DNA of 64,000 nucleotides from an uncultured Candidatus Saccharibacteria bacterium (GCA_964610055.1 CAZSUC010000002.1:82283-146282); one strand, 5' to 3'. Positions 19,496 to 27,682 are shown, counted from the stretch's first letter. Notes: a model not told the origin generated them from the sequence alone. Numbers and translations: made by a program.

Positions 19496-19802
19496 AGCAA
19501 AAATTAGCTGGAAGGGTTTATCCTGGCAAATGGTTGCGGATCAGGCGCAGGCCTGGGTGACGATAGTGGTGACTGCGCGCGTAACGACTATATTAGTATG
19601 GGGAATAGTTGTGATGGTAGTGATATATTTAGCGTATATGCAGGTGTGGCGTATATTAACTGGAGATTTAACATTGCCAGCAGGCGTGGTTCCGACTCAG
19701 TTAAGTGTGGATGCAGACATTTTGCAACAGATTCATGAGCAACGTGAGGCGAGAGAAGACTACATTGTGCCGGCTTTTAGAGTAGAAAATATATTACCGT
19801 AA
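19485..19802 (+). CDS. small single-TM protein (PilP-like position), copy 2
   Basis: MANKAKISW start, one TM helix, and EQREA motif. Paralog of the ORF at 16966. Confidence 0.4.
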   Translation: MANKAKISWKGLSWQMVADQAQAWVTIVVTARVTTILVWGIVVMVVIYLAYMQVWRILTGDLTLPAGVVPTQLSVDADILQQIHEQREAREDYIVPAFRVENILP

Positions 19803-20227
19803 TGAACACACAAGGGGGAAAACGAGTGTTGTTGTTTGGGACATTTGATCCAATACACGAAGGACATAGGCAGATGTTGCAAGAGGCGCGTAAATACGGT
19901 GACTGGATAATAGTGGTGGTAACGGCGGATGAAGTAGTGAAGCGACAAAAGAAACACGAACCATATCAACCAGAAGCAGAACGATGTGCGGTCGTGCGAG
20001 AAAATGGAGCAGATGAGGTGGTAGTCGGAGATCAACAGCCAGAAAAGTACCAACTTTTGCGTGAATTGGAGTATGATGTTTTGGCGTTAGGTTATGATCA
20101 GCCAGTGTCTCTAAAAGAAGCAAAATCTTTGTTAATGGAATGTGATCATTCAATGGTACAGGTAGTGCGGTTAACTGCTTTTGAACCAGAAAAATATAAA
20201 TCAAGTTTAATACGAGGGTTGAGTTAA
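19802..20227 (+). CDS. cytidylyltransferase-like nucleotidyltransferase (RibL/TagD/PPAT-like)
   Basis: LFGTFDPIHEGH (HxGH nucleotidyltransferase motif), 141 aa. Confidence 0.65.
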   Translation: MNTQGGKRVLLFGTFDPIHEGHRQMLQEARKYGDWIIVVVTADEVVKRQKKHEPYQPEAERCAVVRENGADEVVVGDQQPEKYQLLRELEYDVLALGYDQPVSLKEAKSLLMECDHSMVQVVRLTAFEPEKYKSSLIRGLS

Positions 20228-20263
20228 TTGCATAAGCAGCCGAACAAGCGATAGGATGAAAGA

Positions 20264-20941
20264 GTGAGTAAATATCCTTCGCAAAACGGATGGGGGTTAG
20301 CGGTAGCGATTTTGATGATCGGAAGCGTAGTGGCGGGTGGGTTATATATTTTAAAGGCACCGCGCGCGGAAGTGCAGAATAGTGTCGGGGAGCAAGGGCA
20401 GGTGGCGGGTGAAGTATTCTCAAATGAAGATCAGACTGAACCGCAAGAAGGTTCAGTGACGGCGCCGGTAAAAATAGTGCTGTATACCGATTTGGATTGT
20501 GATTTTTGTCGTCATTTTTATCAATCGGTGTGGCAGCCGGCTCGGGATCAGTATTTTGAAACCGGAAAAGTGCAAGCTGTTGTGCGAGTTTTTCCGTTGG
20601 GAAAACTGTATAATCAGGAGAATGATGTGGCGGAATTAGCGTATTGTGCCTATCAACAGGGTGAATTTTTTGAAATTATGAACGCGGTTTTTGAAGGGGA
20701 GAAATATATGCCGACCGAGCAAATTAAAGAAATAATTAATACTTATGTTGATAAAGTGGCGTTAGATAATTGTCAGCAGTCAGGTATAGGAAGAATGATG
20801 TTGGGGCAAGCATCGCAGCAGGCTTTAGAAGTGGGGGTGACGTCGGTGCCGGCTATAGAAATCAATGGACAGGTTTATGAAAATGTAACGACCTTCGCGC
20901 AGCTACAAGAAATTTTAGCGCAGGTTTTAGAAGAAGTATGA
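20264..20941 (+). CDS. DsbA-like thioredoxin-fold thiol:disulfide oxidoreductase
   Basis: N-terminal TM/signal segment, CDFC (CxxC) motif, and a DSBA-like domain. GTG start. Confidence 0.65.
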   Translation: MSKYPSQNGWGLAVAILMIGSVVAGGLYILKAPRAEVQNSVGEQGQVAGEVFSNEDQTEPQEGSVTAPVKIVLYTDLDCDFCRHFYQSVWQPARDQYFETGKVQAVVRVFPLGKLYNQENDVAELAYCAYQQGEFFEIMNAVFEGEKYMPTEQIKEIINTYVDKVALDNCQQSGIGRMMLGQASQQALEVGVTSVPAIEINGQVYENVTTFAQLQEILAQVLEEV

Positions 20942-21867
20942 ATGAAGTAGTTACATTGCCACCCGGAGTGTCGATTGGAATTTTAGCGTTTTTGCTGAGC
21001 TTGTTACCGGCGGGTTTATTTTTGTGGGTGTGGTATTTGCGACGTCATGATCGACCAGTCCCGGTATCAGTAGTAGTACGAGGCATGATAATTGGGATGT
21101 TGTTAGTTGGGCCAGCGTTTGTGCTGGAATCATGGGCGCCAAAACTCTGGACGGCTTTATCGCCGGGCACAGTTCATTATTTTGACAGTGCCGTGTTACC
21201 GTTAGAAACTTTTGGCGATATATTTTGGCCAGCAGTCGGTACTTTTGGAATAGTGGCTTTAATTGAAGAAGGATTGCGATTTTTAAGTTTGAGTTGGTGG
21301 TTTCGTAAAAGTCCCGTGATTGATCAAGTGTTTGACGGATTAGTTGTGGGGTTAGCAGTTGGTTTAGGATTTGCCACGTTAGAAAATACGTTATATTTTT
21401 TCCAACTGTTTTGGCAGGGTAATTTTGATACTTTAGTATTTGTGTTTTTCTTGCGCTTTATAGTGTCGACGATGGCGCATGTAAGTTTTGGCGGTATCAT
21501 GGGCGTGTTATTAGTGCGAGGATATTTTACCTGGTATCGACGTCGGTATTATTTAGCGCAAGCGTTTATAGTGCCGTGGTTAATGCATGGGGCATACGAT
21601 TGGATGTTGGGTGTTAATCAAACAGCATATGCAATCGTAATGTTGTCAGTGCCCCTAGTTTTGTTGGTGACTTGGAGTAATAGAAGAGAATTTTTTGCAG
21701 TTAATCGGGAAGGGGCGCAAAACTTGATTACACCAAAACCACCGCATGGATATGAAGACTTGCAGCTCAAGACAACAAAATGGCAGCCAACTGGTACGTG
21801 GAATAAAGAAGCGCAATGGTTACGTTATCGGCGCTTAACAAAAAGACCTAATTCGTTAGATAATTAA
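20938..21867 (+). CDS. PrsW-family intramembrane metalloprotease
   Basis: EEGLRF, FATLEN and HVSFGGIMG motifs (EExxK/R, FxxxE, HxxxxG), in a polytopic protein. Confidence 0.6.
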   Translation: MNEVVTLPPGVSIGILAFLLSLLPAGLFLWVWYLRRHDRPVPVSVVVRGMIIGMLLVGPAFVLESWAPKLWTALSPGTVHYFDSAVLPLETFGDIFWPAVGTFGIVALIEEGLRFLSLSWWFRKSPVIDQVFDGLVVGLAVGLGFATLENTLYFFQLFWQGNFDTLVFVFFLRFIVSTMAHVSFGGIMGVLLVRGYFTWYRRRYYLAQAFIVPWLMHGAYDWMLGVNQTAYAIVMLSVPLVLLVTWSNRREFFAVNREGAQNLITPKPPHGYEDLQLKTTKWQPTGTWNKEAQWLRYRRLTKRPNSLDN

Positions 21868-21870
21868 AGT

Positions 21871-22281
21871 ATGACACGTTTTGCTTTAGCAGTTACAATG
21901 TTGTTTGTCATTGTAGGACTGTTGGCGGTGTTGGTGTTGTCGGCTCAAGTAGGTGGCGTAATGATGCGCAATAATGTGGTGCGGGGAGAGTATTTAGAGT
22001 TAGGAGTATTAGAACCAGTTGTGCCGGGTGTTCCCGTAACAGTGCGGTGGGAGAAAATAGACAGTATGCCAGCAGCGGAGGTGAAATTATGGTGGCGCAC
22101 AACTAAGCAAGAAGAACAAATAGGTACCGGGAATTTAGAAAATAATTCTGCTCAGGCAGTATGGCCGTGTGATAATCAAGCGCAACAAGGCACGCTGGAG
22201 ATTGCAGATGCGGAATCGGGGCAGGTATTTGGTTACCAAGAGATTACGGTGCAGGCGGCTGGACCAGAGTGTTTACCTTAA
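21871..22281 (+). CDS. hypothetical secreted/anchored protein
   Basis: N-terminal TM/signal segment. No recognised domain. Confidence 0.3.
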   Translation: MTRFALAVTMLFVIVGLLAVLVLSAQVGGVMMRNNVVRGEYLELGVLEPVVPGVPVTVRWEKIDSMPAAEVKLWWRTTKQEEQIGTGNLENNSAQAVWPCDNQAQQGTLEIADAESGQVFGYQEITVQAAGPECLP

Positions 22282-23210
22282 CTAAGTTCGGAGCGGAAAT
22301 ACTCGATTGTGGAAGTGAGGCCGTCGGCTAGGGAAATAGATGGTTCCCAGTTTAGGTATTGGCGAGCGCGAGAAATGTTGGGCTGGCGTTGATGGGGGTC
22401 ATCTTGTGGTAAATCCCGAAATTCGATTTTTGACTGAGATTTGGTGGCGGCAATAATTTGCTCGGCCATTTCTTTAATAGTTAGTTCTTGAGGATTACCA
22501 AGATTAAGTGGGCCGATAGTCTCGTCTTGATTCATCATTTTAATCATGCCGTCAATTAAATCGTCAACATAACAGAATGAACGGGTTTGCGAGCCATCGC
22601 CGTAAATAGTGATAGGCTCATTACGGAGCGCCTGAACGATAAAATTACTAACGACACGACCATCTTGAGGATGCATGCGTGGTCCGTAAGTATTGAAAAT
22701 ACGAATAATGCGAATGTCGACATCGTTTTGGCGATGATAGTCCATACATAAAGTTTCGGCGACACGTTTGCCTTCGTCGTAACAAGAACGAGGGCCGATT
22801 GGATTAACATTGCCCCAGTATTCTTCAGTTTGAGGATGGATTTCGGGGTCGCCGTAAATTTCAGAGGTTGATGCCTGTAAAAGACGAGCGTGAACACGTT
22901 TGGCAAGGCCAAGCATGTTAACCATGCCAACAGTAGAAGTTTTAATGGTTTTAATCGGATTGTGTTGGTAATGAATCGGAGAAGCGGGGCAAGCAAGGTT
23001 ATAAATCTGATTGACTTCGACGACTAAAGGCTCGGTAATATCGTGGCGTAGGAGTTCAAATTTAGGATGGCTGAGTAAGTGTTCAATGTTTTTTTTGCGG
23101 CCAGTAAAAAAGTTATCAGCGCAGATAATAGTATGACCCTCGTTGATAAGGCGATCGCAAAGGTGGCTGCCGAGAAATCCAGCGCCACCGGTAACTAAGA
23201 TGGTACTCAT
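22278..23210 (-). CDS. uxs: UDP-glucuronate decarboxylase (UDP-xylose synthase)
   Basis: Start placed at the internal ATG ([16 protein letters not shown]). It aligns across its full length with eukaryotic UXS1 ([26 protein letters not shown](V/I)HPQ, GPR(A/S)[15 protein letters not shown](S/A)F). Confidence 0.9.
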   Translation of the reverse strand: MSTILVTGGAGFLGSHLCDRLINEGHTIICADNFFTGRKKNIEHLLSHPKFELLRHDITEPLVVEVNQIYNLACPASPIHYQHNPIKTIKTSTVGMVNMLGLAKRVHARLLQASTSEIYGDPEIHPQTEEYWGNVNPIGPRSCYDEGKRVAETLCMDYHRQNDVDIRIIRIFNTYGPRMHPQDGRVVSNFIVQALRNEPITIYGDGSQTRSFCYVDDLIDGMIKMMNQDETIGPLNLGNPQELTIKEMAEQIIAATKSQSKIEFRDLPQDDPHQRQPNISRARQYLNWEPSISLADGLTSTIEYFRSELS

Positions 23211-23237
23211 ACGCTTAAGCCTAGTATAGTAAAAGAT

Positions 23238-23603
23238 ATGAAACAACTGTGGTGGTGGGGATTAGTGCTGGTTTGGATGGGAATGATTTGGTATCTATCC
23301 GATCAACCAAATTTGTCATCTGGATTAGAGGCGGATTGGTGGTTAAGAAAAGGCGCGCACATAACAGAGTATGCAATTTTAACATGGTTGTGGTGGCAAG
23401 CTGCAGGCCGGAGAGGACTGTGGTGGGTGATATGGGGAGTGATAGCTTACGCTGTGAGCGATGAAATACACCAATCTTTCGTAGTTGGGCGGCACGGAAG
23501 CGCATTAGATGTTGTGATTGATAGTACCGGTGCAGTAATAATGACCGGTTTGATAAAATGGGCGCGTAAATTTAACCGTAACCCTATTTTGAAACTTCTT
23601 TGA
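23238..23603 (+). CDS. VanZ-family membrane protein
   Basis: The [24 protein letters not shown] motif is characteristic of VanZ. Confidence 0.6.
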   Translation: MKQLWWWGLVLVWMGMIWYLSDQPNLSSGLEADWWLRKGAHITEYAILTWLWWQAAGRRGLWWVIWGVIAYAVSDEIHQSFVVGRHGSALDVVIDSTGAVIMTGLIKWARKFNRNPILKLL

Positions 23604-23931
23604 CGACAGCGGCGAAAGATTCAGGCTGTTTGATGGCAAGTTCAGCTAAAGCTTTGCGATCTAAAATTATACCTTTGCCTTTAATGAGGCTCATAAATTG
23701 AGAGTAAGACAAATCAAAGGGACGAACAGCGGCATTGATGCGGGTTTGCCAAAGGGCGCGAAAATCTGATTTCTTTTGGCGACGGTGCGCGTAAGCATAC
23801 TGGCCGGCTTTCAAGACAGCTTCTTTGGCTAACTTGAAGTTGGTTTTGCGGCGGCCGCGATAACCCTTGGCTCGGTCAAGCCACTTACGGTGTCGTTTGC
23901 GTTTAGGAACGCTGCGGGATGCTTTAGGCAT
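23584..23931 (-). CDS. rplT: 50S ribosomal protein L20
   Basis: RKRHRKWLDRAKGYRGRRK... canonical L20 sequence. Confidence 0.95.
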   Translation of the reverse strand: MPKASRSVPKRKRHRKWLDRAKGYRGRRKTNFKLAKEAVLKAGQYAYAHRRQKKSDFRALWQTRINAAVRPFDLSYSQFMSLIKGKGIILDRKALAELAIKQPESFAAVVKEVSK

Positions 23932-23939
23932 AGGTCAAA

Positions 23940-24140
23940 TTACTGCAGATTATAGGGAATAAGCTGATCAAGACGACCGCGATCACTGCCAGATAAGCCG
24001 CCGCGGACATGCTTTTGACGAGTTGTGTTGCCATCGGCACGGGAATTAAAATGAGCTTGGCCGATTGCGAGATGCTGGACTTTACCTTTGGCGGAAATAT
24101 GGAAGCGCTTTTGAGCGGCTTTTTTAGAACGTTGTTTCAT
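23940..24140 (-). CDS. rpmI: 50S ribosomal protein L35
   Basis: MKQRSKKAAQKRFHISAKGKV, 66 aa, lying between infC and rplT. Confidence 0.9.
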   Translation of the reverse strand: MKQRSKKAAQKRFHISAKGKVQHLAIGQAHFNSRADGNTTRQKHVRGGLSGSDRGRLDQLIPYNLQ

Positions 24141-24190
24141 ATAACTAGAGGTATACGGTAAATTAACGGGATAAAACTGTCAATATTAAC

Positions 24191-24745
24191 TTAATGCGAA
24201 GGGCGGACAAGAAGAGCGGAAATGTTATTAGCCGCTTGGGCGACATTGCCTTCAATCAGAGCGCCGTTGGGTACTTGCTGGGCAAAATCACGAATTTTTT
24301 GAACAGCCTGTTCGCGGCGGCTTTTTTCTCGGCCGCGTAAACGCATTTCAACTTTGACTTTATGACCTTCGGCTAAGAAGCCGTCAGTTTGTTTTAAGCG
24401 CATTTGTAGGTCATGTTCTCCAATCTTAAAACCGACGCGAACACCTTTAATCTCGCCACCTTTAGTTTTGGCTTTTTGTTTGGCTAACTTTTTACGTTTG
24501 TCATAAAGATGCTTGCCTAAATCCATTAGACGAACAACGGGAGGATTCGCGCTGGCCGAGACCATAACAAGATCAGTTTCTGATTCTTGGGCCATACTCT
24601 TGGCTTCGGCGAGAGGCACGACGCCTAATTGAGCGCCATCAAGGCCAATAAGGCGGATTTCGGGAGCGAGAATTTCTTCGTTAGCCGATGGTTTTTTAAT
24701 TTGTGGTTTGGGACGGGTACGGTACCGTCGACGGCGACTAGGCAT
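24191..24745 (-). CDS. infC: translation initiation factor IF-3
   Basis: NEEILAPEIRLIGLDGAQLGVV, and the conserved infC-rpmI-rplT gene order. Confidence 0.95.
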   Translation of the reverse strand: MPSRRRRYRTRPKPQIKKPSANEEILAPEIRLIGLDGAQLGVVPLAEAKSMAQESETDLVMVSASANPPVVRLMDLGKHLYDKRKKLAKQKAKTKGGEIKGVRVGFKIGEHDLQMRLKQTDGFLAEGHKVKVEMRLRGREKSRREQAVQKIRDFAQQVPNGALIEGNVAQAANNISALLVRPSH

Positions 24746-24816
24746 GAGGTCAAGTAAGAAAAACTAAAACATAGGATGCCAGGCATCCTGGTCTAAAATT
24801 AGCTTAAAAAGGGGAT

Positions 24817-25284
24817 TTGAGCAATACTCAAGGTATGAAAGATTTGGCGTACAATAAGCGGGCAGTGTTTGATTATGACTTGCTGGAAAAGTTTGAAGGC
24901 GGGTTAAAATTGATGGGAACAGAGGTAAAATCGGTGCGAGCAGGGAATGTGAGCCTTAAAGGCGCGTTTGTGACATTGAAAGACGGAGAAGTGTGGCTGA
25001 CAAATGCGACGATTTCGCCTTGGCAGCCAGCCAATGCACCGACTGATTATGACCCAACTCAGCCCCGGAAGGTGCTTTTGAGCCGAGCCGAGATTAAGAA
25101 ATTGATTGGAGCCAAGGAAGCAAAGGGATTGACAATAGTGCCTATTAAGATGTATAATAAACGTTCACGGATTAAGTTAGAATTGGCTTTGGCACGGGGA
25201 AAGCGGCAATACGAGAAGAAAGAACAAAAGAAAGAGCATGATATTAAGCGGGATATTGACCGAATGTTAAGAGGAAAGGAATAG
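24817..25284 (+). CDS. smpB: SsrA-binding protein SmpB
   Basis: NKRAVFDYDLLEKFEGGLKLMGTEVKSVR. The track's start is TTG; the true start may be the ATG at 24835. Confidence 0.95.
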   Translation: MSNTQGMKDLAYNKRAVFDYDLLEKFEGGLKLMGTEVKSVRAGNVSLKGAFVTLKDGEVWLTNATISPWQPANAPTDYDPTQPRKVLLSRAEIKKLIGAKEAKGLTIVPIKMYNKRSRIKLELALARGKRQYEKKEQKKEHDIKRDIDRMLRGKE

Positions 25285-25326
25285 CTGGCGAGCGCTTCGG
25301 ATTACGGATATAATCGGTAATCGGAA

Positions 25327-25731
25327 GGGCATGCTAGGCCTCGATAAGATGTAGCTTTGACAATATGCGTGTCGTGAGGGGATTAGCTCACGTAAATCCC
25401 ATAGTCCAACGTTCAAGTGCAAACGTATTTCAGCGCGTGAAGACAGCATTTGCTAACGCATTTGCTACCCCTTCTTTTGCGCCTGTTGTCGCTTAATCTC
25501 GACAGCCATCGCTTCTAATCAGCCGTTGGGTTAATAAGCGGTGTCATTTCAAACGGCTCTCAAGTGTGAGTTTTATTAGTGCTAACACTTGGAAAAGCAC
25601 CAACTGATAGGTGGCTAACAGGCTTTTCTGTTTTGTAGCTGGCTAGGTACCTAAAACTTTTTAAGACAGATACGCACGTAGATTATTGTCGAATCACATT
25701 TTACACGGCGGTTCAATTCCGCCCATGTCCA
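25327..25731 (+). ncRNA. ssrA: transfer-messenger RNA (tmRNA, SsrA)
   Basis: Immediately downstream of smpB. The 5' GGGCATG pairs with the 3' CATGTCC (with a G3-U wobble) plus a discriminator A. A T-arm GGCGG-TTCAATT-CCGCC precedes the acceptor 3' strand. A candidate tag ORF (...ANAFATPSFAPVVA*) ends with TAA at 25494-25496. The CCA is not encoded. Confidence 0.7.
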
Positions 25732-25894
25732 CTGTTGTAAACAAAGCAAAAATATACCAAAACAAGGTGAGACATTTGGAATACCTTGGCATTATTACTA
25801 TCATGTTCTACTATCGTTTGTTGAGATTGTAGCATGAGTGTCCTTTTAACCTGGCTGTATTAAGCAGCCAAAACCTCTCAGCGGAGAAAGTGAA

Positions 25895-26326
25895 ATGAGG
25901 AAACTGCTAAGCAAACAGATAGGTGTTCATTTCTTGTTCTGTGCGAGCCCGGTCACGATCGACAAGCGAGCGGAGTGGGGTGATAGCGCCGACAATCTTC
26001 AGCAGGCACCGAACGGCGCGTTTCTGAAAACGTCATCGCCGACGGAAATCAGCCATCTGGTACAGCCTAACGCCGACAAGACGGCACCTATCGGCTGGAT
26101 GCCTGGATCTGCTCCCGGCCTCTTTAACAAATTGCCGATCTGGGTTGATGATGAGTACCTTCTTCAAGTTGGTGAGGTCAAGAAGCTCGCTACGGCCGAT
26201 GGCGAAATCGAGTACACGGCTAAGGAGCTCTCGATGGTGTGCTATAACGACCTGAATGGCACCCCAAACGAAGCCGATGCCTGGGTACAGACGGTCGCCG
26301 CCGTCAAACAAAACTACGAACTGTAG
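25895..26326 (+). CDS. hypothetical protein; compositionally foreign ORF
   Basis: GC content visibly higher than the flanks (roughly 57% versus 45%) and GCC/GGC/CTC-rich codon usage unlike neighbouring genes. No recognisable motif. Confidence 0.4.
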   Translation: MRKLLSKQIGVHFLFCASPVTIDKRAEWGDSADNLQQAPNGAFLKTSSPTEISHLVQPNADKTAPIGWMPGSAPGLFNKLPIWVDDEYLLQVGEVKKLATADGEIEYTAKELSMVCYNDLNGTPNEADAWVQTVAAVKQNYEL

Positions 26327-26347
26327 ACGAGGCTCTCTCTACTTAAT

Positions 26348-26385
26348 CGAGGATGGTTAGTTTTAGTAACACCCTGTGCGTGATG
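26348..26385 (+). terminator. intrinsic terminator after the GC-rich ORF
   Basis: aacaccctg-N11-cggggtgtt hairpin followed by TTTTTCTTT. Confidence 0.55.
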
Positions 26386-26452
26386 TGCGGGGTGTTTTTC
26401 TTTACAAAGAAGTGATTTACGGCGCGCAAGGTGCATAGATGACTCTTTCTAC

Positions 26453-26481
26453 TTGACAATTATGAAATAAGGAGCTATCAT
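26453..26481 (+). promoter_or_regulatory. sigma70-type promoter, TTGACA-17-TATCAT
   Basis: Perfect -35 hexamer, 17-nt spacer and a 5/6 match to the -10 consensus, about 25 nt upstream of the ORF at 26507. Confidence 0.5.
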
Positions 26482-26506
26482 ATAGTTTGAAATTAAGGAT
26501 GGTTTT

Positions 26507-26797
26507 TTGAAAATTGAGAATTTTGAAAAAGGAGAGACCGATGCCTTTGTTGTTTGTGTTGTTTGTTTGGTTGCTGGGCTTTGTGGCGGGGTATTTTTCG
26601 CATTTCCCGTGCTTGTTGGGATTTCGATCCTTTGTTTCGTGATCGGAATCTGGCTGTGTGTTACGTGTAAGGAGGCGGAACAGCTGGTATCAATGCTGTT
26701 TGTTGGGATTGCGACGATCATTAATGTTGTAATGTGGATGACTTACTACATTACAACGGGGCAAACTTGGTTGGGAGATTTCTTCTTACGCAGGTAG
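26507..26797 (+). CDS. small Cys-rich membrane protein (three TM helices), hypothetical
   Basis: TTG start 8 nt after AAGGA. 96 aa, very hydrophobic. Flanked by its own promoter and terminator. Confidence 0.35.
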   Translation: MKIENFEKGETDAFVVCVVCLVAGLCGGVFFAFPVLVGISILCFVIGIWLCVTCKEAEQLVSMLFVGIATIINVVMWMTYYITTGQTWLGDFFLRR

Positions 26798-26827
26798 GCA
26801 GAATAATCCGCGTTGTCTCTTTCCGCA

Positions 26828-26866
26828 CCACCTCTTGAGTTGTTCTCTTGAGGTGGTTTTTTGTTT
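26828..26866 (+). terminator. intrinsic terminator
   Basis: ccacctcttgag-ttgtt-ctcttgaggtgg hairpin followed by TTTTTTGTTT. Confidence 0.7.
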
Positions 26867-26934
26867 AAGAACATGTTGTCAATGGCTATTAGTTGTGTTT
26901 CAAAATTGCCAAGCTATTAAACATTACGCCACTG

Positions 26935-26962
26935 TTGACAGTGTGACTAGAAATAATAAGAT
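26935..26962 (+). promoter_or_regulatory. sigma70-type promoter, TTGACA-16-TAAGAT
   Basis: Perfect -35 hexamer. The same TTGACA-N16-TAAGAT architecture recurs at 27655. Confidence 0.45.
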
Positions 26963-27002
26963 TACTGGTTCTAACCTGCTCTTTTCATAAGGAGAATATG
27001 TC

Positions 27003-27446
27003 GTGAAAACCAACATGAAAGACTGGATTAATCATGTAGAAACTGTGCGGCCAGTGATGGATGCCTTAATCAAACAGTTGGAATCGTATGGCGCTGTTGT
27101 GGCGGCTAAAAAAACTAGAGAAGTAGGTAGCTTACCTTACACGGTGACGTTCAGATGGTCACGAGAGAGGGCAATTACCACTATCGGCGTCACGCTGAAA
27201 GATCACCAAACAGAGTCGGACGTAGTCATTACCAACATGACCACTTTGCCTAGAGAAAAGCGCCGACTAGGTTTTGGGGGTCAAGCCGTACATCGGGTAA
27301 TAGCGTGGGCTAGAGAGTGCCGGTTCAATGAAGTTAGGGCTACTCAAGTGAGCGGAGCAGAATCATTCTGGCGCAATAATGGTTTTGTTCAATGCCCTCA
27401 ACCTAATCCGTGCAATGACTTTGTGTATCGTCTTAGCAGCTCATGA
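27003..27446 (+). CDS. GNAT-family N-acetyltransferase-like protein
   Basis: GTG start 9 nt after AAGGAGA. RRLGFGGQAV fits the GNAT motif A (R/Q-x-x-G-x-G/A), followed by FWRNNGF. Confidence 0.45.
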   Translation: MKTNMKDWINHVETVRPVMDALIKQLESYGAVVAAKKTREVGSLPYTVTFRWSRERAITTIGVTLKDHQTESDVVITNMTTLPREKRRLGFGGQAVHRVIAWARECRFNEVRATQVSGAESFWRNNGFVQCPQPNPCNDFVYRLSSS

Positions 27447-27472
27447 CCTGCAAGTGAGAATCGGTTTGCTAT

Positions 27473-27514
27473 AACCGCTGCGTTTCTTCGGAAATGTCAG
27501 CGGTTTTTCTTTTA
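27473..27514 (+). terminator. intrinsic terminator
   Basis: aaccgctg...cagcggtt stem with an inner tttc-[ttcg]-gaaa tetraloop, followed by TTTTTCTTTT. Confidence 0.7.
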
Positions 27515-27590
27515 CTATATCTGAAACCAACTCCAACTCCGGATCCGAGTTTAAGTCCGACACCGTAATACAGTAATTGTTCGGGGCAAG

Positions 27591-27627
27591 AAGCGCTATC
27601 AGGTTGATCTGATGGCGCTTTTATATT
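27591..27627 (+). terminator. second hairpin followed by a T-run (terminator-like)
   Basis: aagcgctatcag-gttgat-ctgatggcgctt followed by TTTATATT. Confidence 0.4.
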
Positions 27628-27654
27628 GGCGAATAATTATTACTTTTAGTCAAT

Positions 27655-27682
27655 GATAGGGCTATTGACAATTTAGATAGAA
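27655..27682 (+). promoter_or_regulatory. sigma70-type promoter, TTGACA-16-TAAGAT
   Basis: The -10 element ends only 8 nt before the first ATG of the SulP ORF, so the transcript would be leaderless or nearly so. Confidence 0.45.

Noticed and set aside
19794-20423. 209-aa minus-strand ORF spanning the nucleotidyltransferase and DsbA genes
   Set aside because: It overlaps two well-supported + strand genes and bridges their intergenic region, and its product is Pro/Leu-rich low complexity. It is a shadow ORF.
26033-26311. 92-aa minus-strand ORF antisense to the GC-rich orphan ORF
   Set aside because: GC-rich DNA generates long antisense ORFs by chance. The + strand ORF has the start context and terminator, and the - strand one has neither.
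27541-27570. tRNA-like fragment (GGATCCGAGTTTAAGTCCGACACCG) in the spacer before the SulP gene
   Set aside because: It has a superficial T-loop resemblance, but the flanking arms are not complementary and no acceptor stem can be formed.
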